NCBI GenBank assembly: GCA_944391735.1
Contig: CALXUR010000003.1
Span: 12,287 to 76,286, forward strand
Reading direction: 5' to 3'
Source: an uncultured Alphaproteobacteria bacterium
Lineage (GTDB): Bacteria > Pseudomonadota > Alphaproteobacteria > CAAHEQ01 > UBA3637
Length of the DNA stretch: 64,000 nucleotides
Shown here: piece by piece, positions 29,459 through 37,478 of the stretch
Layout: each line of letters starts with the position of its first letter
Position numbering within the stretch: position 1 is the stretch's first letter
The notes under the pieces: generated by a model
What the model was told of the DNA's origin: nothing
What the model saw: the letters and a program-made list of their open reading frames with translations, nothing else
The model's database searches: none
Position numbers and translations under genes: made by a program

Positions 29459-30511
29459 TTATCTGCCCCGGGATTGAAGCAGTTTTGCCATAGAAAAGGC
29501 TTTATTATGAATTTGCTGTGTTTCTTTATCTAAAGTGGTATTATCTGTTTTATGAATACCCGTTTTATCCATTAGCTTTTGTTCCATATATGCTTGGATA
29601 CCATATGCATGTGTTTCCGAAGGCAACATCACATATAAATCCTTATAATTTTCAGATGTTTTATTGTCCAAGAGGTCTTCATAAACAGCGATATTTTCAA
29701 TATTACAGTCAAAAATACGGTTAATTAGAGGGTCGTCAAATCTTTTTTGGTGTTGTCGATGGTGTGTCCCCTCATGAAATAAAACGGATACCGCAAAAAA
29801 GTTATCACAATTTTGTAGCCGTTCTTCATTAAAATAAATTTTCCCCTTTTGATAATAGGCAGCATAGATGTGTGTATCTTCAGGCAGTCTATTTTTATGT
29901 TGTTGTGCTTTTTCTTGTTCCGGTGTGAAAAATTCAATTTCGGGTGCGGTTCCATAGATGTGTTTAAAAATTTCAGCGGCTTGTTTTAGTACTTCTTTTT
30001 TTTCCGGTAAAGATGTTTTATTCCAATTTTTTAATTTATTTGTTATTTGAGGTTGGGCGGCAATAAGGGTGGCATAGCTGTCGGCCAACTTTTTTTCATG
30101 ATCCCAAAAACGATTTGGAAAAGTCATTGTAAATAAACATATCCTTAAATTCTTATCATTTTTACGACAAATCCGTATTAAATCATCTAGTGTTTGTCGC
30201 CTTGGGAACAGCGCTTCTAAATAGTCCAATTTCTGTTCTAAAGATAATGTGGTGATTTGAGTCGGAGTTAGCGTTGAAAATTGTTCGACTTTTTGTAATT
30301 TAAGCTGATGATGGAGTCGATAGGTTTGAGCGTAGGTTTGAATTAGTATATTAAAGTCTTGTTGGGATATATTTTCCAACCGATTGTTTTGAATAATTTG
30401 ATTAATGCGTTGTGTATCTTTATCGGAAAAGGGAGTAAAACAGACACTCCCATCAGTATTCATCGTGATTTTACATCGATCCATTAAATCTTCAAATTCA
30501 TTAATATTCAT
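29459..30511 (-). CDS. Hypothetical protein with an HExxH (HEGTHH) zinc-metalloprotease-like motif. Low GC, probably horizontally acquired; candidate secreted effector.
   Basis: 350 aa with no signal peptide. Markedly more AT-rich than its neighbours. LFHEGTHHRQH motif. Lies between the ldcA remnant and the 3' end of a tRNA. Confidence 0.45.
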   Translation of the reverse strand: MNINEFEDLMDRCKITMNTDGSVCFTPFSDKDTQRINQIIQNNRLENISQQDFNILIQTYAQTYRLHHQLKLQKVEQFSTLTPTQITTLSLEQKLDYLEALFPRRQTLDDLIRICRKNDKNLRICLFTMTFPNRFWDHEKKLADSYATLIAAQPQITNKLKNWNKTSLPEKKEVLKQAAEIFKHIYGTAPEIEFFTPEQEKAQQHKNRLPEDTHIYAAYYQKGKIYFNEERLQNCDNFFAVSVLFHEGTHHRQHQKRFDDPLINRIFDCNIENIAVYEDLLDNKTSENYKDLYVMLPSETHAYGIQAYMEQKLMDKTGIHKTDNTTLDKETQQIHNKAFSMAKLLQSRGR

Positions 30512-30669
30512 ATTATTCCTTCCACCAGATGTTCCGAATATAATTATACAGTAAGATGATGGAAAAGTAAACTATATTGATGAGCCGAACGGGAGAGAGG
30601 GCGAATTGATGTTGGAATTGGAAAGTCCGGAGGGCGGATATATAAAAACCCCGTATCAAACGAGGTGTT

Positions 30670-30746
30670 TGGTGGGCCCGGTAGGACTTGAACCCACGAC
30701 CTATCCGTTATGAGCGGACAGCTCTAACCAACTGAGCTACAGGCCC
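30670..30746 (-). tRNA. tRNA with a CAU anticodon: elongator tRNA-Met or lysidine-modified tRNA-Ile2
   Basis: Minus-strand sequence GGGCCTGTAGCTCAGTTGGTTAGAGCTGTCCGCTCATAACGGATAGGTCGTGGGTTCAAGTCCTACCGGGCCCACCA folds as a cloverleaf with CCA encoded. Anticodon loop CUCAUAA. It is not the initiator type. The C4-G69 and C5-G68 pairs are compatible with TilS substrates. Confidence 0.9.
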
Positions 30747-30757
30747 CCATCTCCGGA

Positions 30758-30786
30758 ATCATACAAAAAAAACAGGAAAAAATCAA
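30758..30786 (-). promoter_or_regulatory. Candidate promoter of the CAU tRNA
   Basis: On the minus strand: TTGATT, 17 nt spacer, TATGAT, then 10 nt to the tRNA 5' end. Confidence 0.4.
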
Positions 30787-30923
30787 GTCTTTTTTTTATG
30801 GGTGGTATCTTTCTCATAACAGAATATGTTTTAAGCGGAATAATACGAAAAAAGTGTATTTTTGGGCTTCTAAAAATGGAAAAAGTGTGATATAATCACC
30901 CTTGTCATTAACAAAAGGAGAAT

Positions 30924-31454
30924 ATGAATATGTCTAAAGACTACACATTTAATCCTGGTGATTTCGTTGTTTATCCGGCGCATGGTGTCGGGCAGGTGAC
31001 AGAGATTCAGCAAACCGCCGTTGCCGGTCAAAATTTAGATTTGATTGCCATTAATTTCACAAAAGATAAAATGATGTTGCGTATTCCGTTGGCAAGCGCG
31101 CAAAAAAGCGGATTGCGTCAAATAGCGACACCGGCGATGATGGACGTTGCGGTTCATACATTGCAGGGTAAGGCGAAAGCGAAGCGGGCTCAATGGAGCA
31201 AACGGTCTCAGGAGTATGCGACGAAAATCAACTCCGGTGATCCGGTTGCGGTCGCGGAGGTGTTGCGTGACTTATATAAAAATCCGGCCGTTGCGGAGCA
31301 GACATACAGTGAGCGACAAATTTATGAGCAAGCGTTGGGACGCTTTGTTTCCGAATATGCGATTGTCAATGACATGAATGAGGCCGAGGCTGCCACACGT
31401 TTAGAATCTATCCTGAAAAGCAAATCCGCTTCTGTGAAAGCGGAGGCGAAGTAA
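30924..31454 (+). CDS. carD: CarD/CdnL-family RNA polymerase-binding transcription factor
   Basis: FNPGDFVVYPAHGVGQVTEIQ... is a CarD_CdnL_TRCF N-domain. An extended -10 box (TGaTATAAT, 30888-30896) lies upstream. Confidence 0.8.
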   Translation: MNMSKDYTFNPGDFVVYPAHGVGQVTEIQQTAVAGQNLDLIAINFTKDKMMLRIPLASAQKSGLRQIATPAMMDVAVHTLQGKAKAKRAQWSKRSQEYATKINSGDPVAVAEVLRDLYKNPAVAEQTYSERQIYEQALGRFVSEYAIVNDMNEAEAATRLESILKSKSASVKAEAK

Positions 31455-31460
31455 AGCTTT

Positions 31461-32483
31461 TTGAGGGATAATCAAGGGGGAATTGTGCTGAAAAAAAATC
31501 CGACGCTTTATGCAAGGAATGATACATGTGCCGCTTCAAGGTGGAGCGGCCTTTGTCGTTTTTTAAACAAATACATGCTGATTATCATTGCATTGTTTTT
31601 AGGGTTGTATTTATATGTTTATCCGGACGTTTTGGATAAGATATGGAACAGTCTTCGCGATTATTCGGGGGATTCGGCGTCTAAAATCACATTTGAATCT
31701 TTATTTCAGGCGGTTCTTTTCTTTTTGTTTGCGGCCTATCTGATCCGAAAATTGAAATCATTTTTGGATCGTCGGGTGTTATCTCATGTTGTTATGGATA
31801 TCGGTTCCCGGCACGCCGTTATTTCTCTAATCGGGTATATCGGTTGGTTGTTTATCGGAGTCATGACATTATCAATTGTCGGTATCAACTTAAGAAACCT
31901 GGCCATTGTGTTCGGTGCGTTATCCGTCGGTATTGGTTTCGGCCTTCAGAATGTGGTCAATAATTTTGTATCCGGCTTGGTCATCTTGTTTGAGCGACCG
32001 ATTAAAGAAGGGGATTGGGTTGTGATTAACGGGCAGGAGGGAATTGTCAAGAACATACGCATTCGTTCAACGGAACTGGAAACGTTCGATCGGGCAAACG
32101 TTTTAATTCCAAATGCCGATATTTTATCAAGTAATGTGTTGAATTGGACGCATAACGACATGTATGGTCGTGTTGTTGTAGCGGTCGGGGTATCATATAA
32201 CTCTGATTTGAATCACGTTCGAGACGTTTTATTGCGATGTGCGTCACGGGAGAAGGGGCTTTTAACGAATCCGGAACCTTACGTTTGGATTACATCTTTC
32301 GGAGCCAACAGTATTCATTTTGAGTTGCGTGGTATTACCGACAATGTTATGAACAAAGGAAGTATTCAAAGCCGGTTGATGTTTTCGGTTTTTGAAGCGT
32401 TTGAATCAGAGGGGATTGAAATTCCGCTACCCCAACGAATTGTCTGTGTTAAGCAGGGAGCCGATGATGAAAAACACGATTAA
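31461..32483 (+). CDS. Mechanosensitive ion channel, MscS family. The start codon is uncertain.
   Basis: TM helices followed by the FGLQNVVNNFVSGLVILFERPIKEGDWVVINGQEGIVKNI MscS core. Confidence 0.8.
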   Translation: MRDNQGGIVLKKNPTLYARNDTCAASRWSGLCRFLNKYMLIIIALFLGLYLYVYPDVLDKIWNSLRDYSGDSASKITFESLFQAVLFFLFAAYLIRKLKSFLDRRVLSHVVMDIGSRHAVISLIGYIGWLFIGVMTLSIVGINLRNLAIVFGALSVGIGFGLQNVVNNFVSGLVILFERPIKEGDWVVINGQEGIVKNIRIRSTELETFDRANVLIPNADILSSNVLNWTHNDMYGRVVVAVGVSYNSDLNHVRDVLLRCASREKGLLTNPEPYVWITSFGANSIHFELRGITDNVMNKGSIQSRLMFSVFEAFESEGIEIPLPQRIVCVKQGADDEKHD

Positions 32484-32766
32484 GAGAAGTATTGTGATAG
32501 GTCTGTTCGTTTTGTTGAGTGGTTGCGCAGAGGTGCGACCTTTTGTGGATACTCGTCGGGAAGCCGGGCAGGTGGAGCCGGTGGGACAGTCTCGGCCGGA
32601 GCGTATTGCGGTTTGTTACAACGCTTGGTGGGATGATGATGTTGAAATTTTACGGTTAGCCGAGGCCGAGTGTGCCAAACAAGGAAAACACGCCGTTGCG
32701 GATGGTGTTTCTTATTTTAATTGCCGTCTGGTAACGCCCAGTACCGCTTTTTATAAATGCCAATAA
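32464..32766 (+). CDS. Hypothetical lipoprotein
   Basis: MMKNTIKRSIVIGLFVLLSGC lipobox. About 100 aa. Confidence 0.5.
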   Translation: MMKNTIKRSIVIGLFVLLSGCAEVRPFVDTRREAGQVEPVGQSRPERIAVCYNAWWDDDVEILRLAEAECAKQGKHAVADGVSYFNCRLVTPSTAFYKCQ

Positions 32767-32779
32767 CAGAAGAATCCGT

Positions 32780-33385
32780 TTACGGAAGTGGTATAATCGG
32801 GATACCTTGAAGAGTCAGGTGGCCGTTTCGGGGTTTTAGCAGAAGAGTTTGTGGAGCGTCACTGATAACAAAGTTCAGAAAAGTCATGATTTCCGGCTTG
32901 ATGAACGGGCGAATAAACGACTTTAAGCCGATGGTTTGAGCCGAAAGCTGACCTGTTTCATGTGCGGTATCAATTTCTCCCGAAACATGAAAGGTCAGCA
33001 TATCCAATCGACCCTGCAGAGATCGAATACGAATACTTTTGGAAAACAGATCGGCATCCAACCGTATCGGACTGTCGGACGTTATCGTTGTTAAGGTCAG
33101 GCGTGGTGGCCAAGCCGGCGGAACACGAATATATAAGTCACCCAGTGAAATTGCCTGATGCCCCGACCGATAAAGTGTCAAGCCTTTCAAACGAACGCAG
33201 GCTTGAAACACACAATCCGCACGTGTTGCGCCGTTGGAAGTAATGGCAACCCAAGGCGTATTGAGTGTATCCAGAACGGTGGGGATTCGGTTTATCATCC
33301 TGTATTCCAAAAAACGAAAGGAAGCAAAGATGAAAGAAAAAAGCAAAAGAGAGGCAATTAAGAAGTATTTAACTGATTTTTTCAT
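32780..33385 (-). CDS. Hypothetical membrane-anchored protein
   Basis: ORF with a TM segment (MKKSVKYFLIASLLLFSFIF). The upstream TTG-start extension of the track ORF would overlap the tRNA-Ala promoter, so Met13 is taken as the start. Confidence 0.4.
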   Translation of the reverse strand: MKKSVKYFLIASLLLFSFIFASFRFLEYRMINRIPTVLDTLNTPWVAITSNGATRADCVFQACVRLKGLTLYRSGHQAISLGDLYIRVPPAWPPRLTLTTITSDSPIRLDADLFSKSIRIRSLQGRLDMLTFHVSGEIDTAHETGQLSAQTIGLKSFIRPFIKPEIMTFLNFVISDAPQTLLLKPRNGHLTLQGIPIIPLP

Positions 33386-33414
33386 GAAAGAGAGTATAAA
33401 GTAAAAAAGAGCTC

Positions 33415-33443
33415 TTGACAAGGTGAAAAAAAAAGAGTATAAG
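33415..33443 (+). promoter_or_regulatory. Promoter of tRNA-Ala
   Basis: TTGACA, 17 nt spacer, TATAAG, then 17 nt to the tRNA 5' end. Confidence 0.5.
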
Positions 33444-33460
33444 ATTTCTGTTTTTCTGAT

Positions 33461-33536
<76 letters not shown>

Positions 33537-33542
33537 AATTTA

Positions 33543-33573
33543 AGAGGGTTTGATAAACCCTCTTTTTTATTTT
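33543..33573 (+). terminator. Rho-independent terminator after tRNA-Ala
   Basis: AGAGGGTT-tgat-AAACCCTCT followed by T6. Confidence 0.6.
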
Positions 33574-33657
33574 GGAAGTTAAGCTTTTTTGACAGATCAA
33601 GCTGAAAAGAGATTATTTTTATAAGTCGTTCTATTTAAAATAAAAGATAAAATTTAT

Positions 33658-33686
33658 TTGACTTTGGTATTGAACGAACGTATAAC
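33658..33686 (+). promoter_or_regulatory. Promoter of island gene 33706
   Basis: TTGACT, 17 nt spacer, TATAAC. The same element recurs at 34588-34616. Confidence 0.5.
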
Positions 33687-33705
33687 GGATAAAAAGGGAT
33701 AAGTC

Positions 33706-34158
33706 ATGAAATATATTCTGATTTTAACATTACTGTTGATGAGTGTATCCGCTGGTGCGGTGACAGTTGAGGATATGTCAGAAGCACGAAAGCAAGCAGA
33801 GTTTGAGGCACGTGCGATAGATAAGATTTGTTGGAACGAGGCATTTAAAGATAAGCCGGATACGACAAGAGCTATGTGGGCGGCAGCGGTGCGGAACACA
33901 GACTGCTTATATAAGGAGATAGAAAAACAGGTAAAGCTGGCTTTTTTACCACAGGATCATGAAAAGATGATGGTGTTAATTCATGCAGCCGGTAAAAATA
34001 TAGCGGATATTTACTTTGAGATGCATACCAGTAACCGGTATTGTTACGGGCATTGCGGAACTATGAATAACATCACGCATACGGTGAATGAAATGGAGTT
34101 TTTAATTGGCGTGTTAACAGATTTAATTTTGATGAACAGGATAAAAGACAGTGTATGA
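33706..34158 (+). CDS. Small secreted Cys-containing protein (150 aa), copy 1. Candidate periplasmic immunity protein or lysozyme inhibitor.
   Basis: Signal peptide MKYILILTLLLMSVSAGA. Conserved Cys including CYGHCGTM. Paralogous to 34635..35087. Convergent with a GH108 toxin remnant. Confidence 0.5.
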   Translation: MKYILILTLLLMSVSAGAVTVEDMSEARKQAEFEARAIDKICWNEAFKDKPDTTRAMWAAAVRNTDCLYKEIEKQVKLAFLPQDHEKMMVLIHAAGKNIADIYFEMHTSNRYCYGHCGTMNNITHTVNEMEFLIGVLTDLILMNRIKDSV

Positions 34159-34207
34159 TTATAATAAATATATTTTCGGGAGGGGTTAAACCTCCCGAAT
34201 GAACTAT

Positions 34208-34530
34208 TTACTATTTAATTAAAGATTTTTCAAATCGTTTTTTCCAACCATATCCGAATTTAATTTGATTGGATATGGGTTGTTTTTTTATGTCAGAAAA
34301 ACGTTGTCGGACAATATAATTGTTGACGTCTTTCATTTGTTGAAGAGTTAAATTGTTCAGGGCATTAATAGTTTGAGATCCCATGACACCGTCTTCATCC
34401 ACTTGAAAAGAAGTGAATTGATTAATACCTTGTTGCGCCCATTGGATCGGCTCTGTCAGCGACAACGGCAGGTATTGATTCGCATTAACCGTTAAGGCGG
34501 GTTGCGGAATGGTTGGTTTTGATAGATAAA
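34208..34530 (-). pseudogene. 3' remnant of a GH108/PG_binding_3 toxin gene. Track ORF 34211..34465 covers the C-terminal 84 aa.
   Basis: About 88% DNA identity to the 3' end of 35098..36360. Upstream remnant sequence 34466-34530 (ggtattgattcgcattaaccgttaaggcgggttgcggaatggt) matches an internal part of the full gene near 35943-36010. This indicates an internal deletion. Confidence 0.55.
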
Positions 34531-34587
34531 GCTAAAAAGAAATCGTCTTTATAAACCGGTATATTGAAAATAAAAGATACAAATTAT

Positions 34588-34616
34588 TTGACTTTGATGT
34601 TGAACGAAAGTATAAC
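34588..34616 (+). promoter_or_regulatory. Promoter of island gene 34635, a duplicate of 33658-33686
   Basis: TTGACT, 17 nt spacer, TATAAC. Confidence 0.5.
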
Positions 34617-34634
34617 GGATAAAAAAGGCGAGTC

Positions 34635-35087
34635 ATGAAATATATTCTGATTTTAACATTACTGTTGATGAGTGTATCCGTTGATGCAGCGGAAAAGGAA
34701 GAAGTGTGTGACACGTTGGAATGTGCGAAGGCTCAAGCGCATCACATTGGAAAAACGTGTTGGGATGAGGCGTATAAGGATGATCCGTATTCGACAGCGG
34801 AGATGCGCCGAGCCGATTTTAATGCAAATGATTGCATGTATAAAGCGGTGGAGGAGCAAGTCAGGCAAGCTTTTGAACCGACCGAGCAAGAGCAGGTTTT
34901 AGAATGGATTATGACAGGGTGGCGTGGGGTCAGTCAAACATACTGGATGATTTTTAACAATAATAAATATTGTTACGGTCGTTGTGGAACAATGCAACAT
35001 TTACGAAATACTCCTTTTGAAGCTCAATTTTTAGAGCAGGTTTTGGCTTGGTTAATTCATGCAAATGCAAAGAAAGGGAGTATTTAA
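34635..35087 (+). CDS. Small secreted Cys-containing protein (150 aa), copy 2
   Basis: Same signal peptide as copy 1. CYGRCGTM. Convergent with the intact GH108 toxin gene. Confidence 0.5.
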   Translation: MKYILILTLLLMSVSVDAAEKEEVCDTLECAKAQAHHIGKTCWDEAYKDDPYSTAEMRRADFNANDCMYKAVEEQVRQAFEPTEQEQVLEWIMTGWRGVSQTYWMIFNNNKYCYGRCGTMQHLRNTPFEAQFLEQVLAWLIHANAKKGSI

Positions 35088-35097
35088 CTCCCTTCCT

Positions 35098-36360
35098 TTA
35101 TTTGATAAAGTGACGTTCGCTTCTGGTTGTCAGACCTTTTCGGCGGGTTCCGTATCCGGCTGGGTTTGCGTCAGCGTATTGGTTTATTTGTCCGGAACGT
35201 TGTCGGACAATATAATTGTTGACTTCTTTCATTTGTTGAAGGGTCAAATTATTAAGGGCATTAATGGTTTGTGATCCCATGATGCCGTCTTCATCTACTT
35301 GAAAAGAAGTCAATTGATTAATACCTTGTTGCACCCATTGAATCGGCTCTATCGGAGAATGGTTTGCCAAAAGGTCAAATAAGGTCTTGGCTAACTTTTC
35401 ATTTTTAATTTCTTCAATGCGGTAGGCATCGTAATAATCCATTTTATAAATGGTTGTTGCCTGATCCCTTGTTAAATCCTTAACGGTAGCGGGATATGTT
35501 CTTCCCAAAGTCGGATGGGCCGCTTTAAAACGATTTAATGAACCTTGAATAACACCCATATTGGTCGGTTGATCTATTCTAGTCGGTCTATCTTCATAAC
35601 CGCCCTCTTCCTGATAGACAGATGACAACAGGCGATCAAAACGGGTGGTGGAACCGTAGCCCAAAAGTTCATTCATCTTATCGACCGTCAGGTCATCGGG
35701 GCGCAAAATGCCGGTTCTATCCAAACCGTTATCTCGTTGAAAAGCCGAAATGCCGTCAAACAGTTGTTGGTCGGGATAGGGGGTTATTCCCTCTGACTCC
35801 GGCAGGTAATAGCCCAAGTCGTATAAGGCCTCTTTTGTCGAGATAACGTCTGTGGGAGAGGCGAAAGAGGGGCTGACGGATTGTGTGATAAAAAAGCCCT
35901 GCGCGTCGGTATTGTTATCTGTTAAAAAGTTCGGTTTTATCGGTGGTAACGACGGGTATTGATTTGCATCAACCGTTACGGACGGTTGCGAAATGGTCGG
36001 CTTTTGATAATAATTCGGCGCGGGCAGAGAGTTTAAATCCCGAAAGGCTCGATTTAACAATTTTTCGTTTTCTCGGGCATTTTTTTCGGCACGTTTGCTT
36101 TGGCTTGTTTCTTCCCTATTTTTTTGCTGTGCTTCTTTTTCATCATGGTCTTGTCCGCAGATGCGGTTATAGGGTTTGACATGCTTACCCTTTCGCATAT
36201 GGCCGGGAACGTGAATGAGTTTTTGGCAATGTCCGGATGTGTCGTGTCCTTTGGAACTGAGTTGTCGCTTCGGGATAATTTGTGCCTGTCCCGTGAAAGA
36301 GCTCAGGTTTTGTAATATTTTGGCGATATTGATAAATGCGGTAAGAGATTTTTGATCCAT
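35098..36360 (-). CDS. Polymorphic toxin-like protein: conserved His/Cys-rich N-terminal domain, S/T/P/Q-rich linker, GH108 lysozyme-like domain and PG_binding_3
   Basis: N-terminal GHDTSGHCQKLIHVPGHMRKGKHVKPYNRICGQDHDEKEAQQKN is shared with 38438..38773, 40284..41024 and 36841..37245. The C-terminal half has the EEGGYEDR...DQPTNMGVIQ catalytic block of glycoside hydrolase family 108 and a DEDGIMGSQTINALN PG-binding segment. Start taken as Met18 of the track ORF (RBS AAAGGAAAAGC). Confidence 0.6.
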   Translation of the reverse strand: MDQKSLTAFINIAKILQNLSSFTGQAQIIPKRQLSSKGHDTSGHCQKLIHVPGHMRKGKHVKPYNRICGQDHDEKEAQQKNREETSQSKRAEKNARENEKLLNRAFRDLNSLPAPNYYQKPTISQPSVTVDANQYPSLPPIKPNFLTDNNTDAQGFFITQSVSPSFASPTDVISTKEALYDLGYYLPESEGITPYPDQQLFDGISAFQRDNGLDRTGILRPDDLTVDKMNELLGYGSTTRFDRLLSSVYQEEGGYEDRPTRIDQPTNMGVIQGSLNRFKAAHPTLGRTYPATVKDLTRDQATTIYKMDYYDAYRIEEIKNEKLAKTLFDLLANHSPIEPIQWVQQGINQLTSFQVDEDGIMGSQTINALNNLTLQQMKEVNNYIVRQRSGQINQYADANPAGYGTRRKGLTTRSERHFIK

Positions 36361-36495
36361 GCTTTTCCTTTCAATAAAAAAAGCCCGCCGCAAGAGATTC
36401 CGGACAGGCATAAAAAAATCGGGATATACTTGTCCCGATTAACTAAAAAAAGTATAGCATAAATTAAATGAAAAGTCAAGGAATATTTTCCTATT
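36361..36495. repeat. Conserved 5' leader/promoter element of the toxin genes, copy R1. Other copies: 37261-37388, 38774-38918, 41025-41165.
   Basis: AATAAAAAAGCC(C/T)G(C/T)CG..AGATTCCGGACAGGCATAAAAAAATCGGGATAC recurs immediately upstream of every toxin start codon. R1 and R4 also share AAAAGTCAAGGAATATTTTCCTAT. Confidence 0.6.
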
Positions 36496-36556
36496 TTTGA
36501 TTTGTAAATGACTCCTTTTATATTCGTTGGGAAGAACAACGGGATTAAGAAGAGGG

Positions 36557-36796
36557 CTATTTCGGGTTTACGGGATAGAAACGGCATATTTGTTTTTCTA
36601 TATCCCAAACACCTCGGCCATAGCAAGTGTCTTCATTAACAACGCATTCAGTTCCCCAATCACAGTGCGCAAATATAAATCCCTTGGGACAAATACCACC
36701 CGAGAGACAATCATCCTCCCGTAAATCTATATAAGTCATAAGAGCGACTGTCACTATGGTAAAAACTGTCAAACACATAAAAAAGAAAAACTTCAT
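36557..36796 (-). CDS. Small secreted Cys-rich protein (79 aa, 8 Cys). Candidate immunity protein downstream of the decayed toxin 36841..37245.
   Basis: Signal peptide MKFFFFMCLTVFTIVTVAL. Same strand as the toxin remnant and directly 3' of it. Confidence 0.4.
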   Translation of the reverse strand: MKFFFFMCLTVFTIVTVALMTYIDLREDDCLSGGICPKGFIFAHCDWGTECVVNEDTCYGRGVWDIEKQICRFYPVNPK

Positions 36797-36840
36797 GTTA
36801 AAATGATATCAAGAATTTTTTTTGAAAGCAAGAGTGAAGT

Positions 36841-37245
36841 CTAATATTTCAAAGGTAAGCCTGATGGTCTGAAAATGCCACAGCTTTCACTTAATGTTTT
36901 TCCTTTATTGGCTCCCCGCAATCCGGAAATATTTGCTTTCATGTCAGATAAACTTTCATTAGGACCATATTTAAAAACATCTTTACTTTCTTTTAACAGA
37001 GATAACAGAAGGCCTACTAGGTTACCGTAGACACCCCGTGAACCGGCTTCATAGTTTGCTTTACAGTGAAAGTATTTATCTCCGCCGATAAAATTAGTTT
37101 TATTCATATCATTAAAATTTCGGATGAAATCTTTGAGCGGTGCAAATAGTCCGGTCGTTGTTTTTTCCGCTTGATTTTTTTATTGAGCTTCTTTTTCGTC
37201 GGGTGCTGGCACACCGATTGCATTTCCGATGGGTTCTGTTTCCAT
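36841..37245 (-). pseudogene. Decayed toxin paralog: the N-terminal domain carries an internal in-frame deletion and a CAA-to-TAA nonsense codon (37180-37182). The C-terminal small domain is of unknown function.
   Basis: METEPIGNAIGVPAPDE joins directly to KEAQ(*)KNQAEK, with the central roughly 55 codons missing. The same frame continues into track ORF 36841..37107 (FIGGDKYFHCKANYEAGSRG...). Confidence 0.5.
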
Positions 37246-37478
37246 GATCTTTTTCCTTTCAATAAAAAAGCCCGCCGCAAGAGATTCCGGACAGGCATAA
37301 AAAAATCGGGATACACTTTTATTTTAAAAAACTTGTTTTTTACTTTTGAAATTGATAGAATTGTATAAAGGTTTAAAGAGGATATCTAATGAAATATGTA
37401 TTTGGAATTATTTTGGGATTGTTTTTGGTTTCTTGTCAAACACAAGAACCGGTTCAATTTAAAAATCCGATTTTTTAT
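37195..37478. repeat. Duplicated module of about 285 bp: toxin N-terminus, leader, divergent intergenic region and lipoprotein N-terminus. Second copy at 38725-39008.
   Basis: Near-identical stretches from CGTCG(G/A)GTG..CACCGATTGCATTTCCGATGGGTTCTGTTTCCATGATCTTTTTCC through ...CAATTTAAAAATCCGATTTT. Confidence 0.6.

Noticed and set aside
36100-36315. Plus-strand ORFs 36100..36315, 38396..38692 and 40755..40943, which look conserved in three copies
   Set aside because: They are antisense to the conserved toxin N-terminal domain. They are conserved only because the DNA is repeated. The sense frames have RBS, start codons and recognisable downstream enzyme domains.
37104-37316. ORF starting MYPDFF.. 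(and the MYPDFF start of track ORF 40284..41096)
   Set aside because: It is a translation of the conserved 5' leader repeat in frame. The true toxin starts are the METEP/METQS Met codons preceded by AAAGGAAAA.
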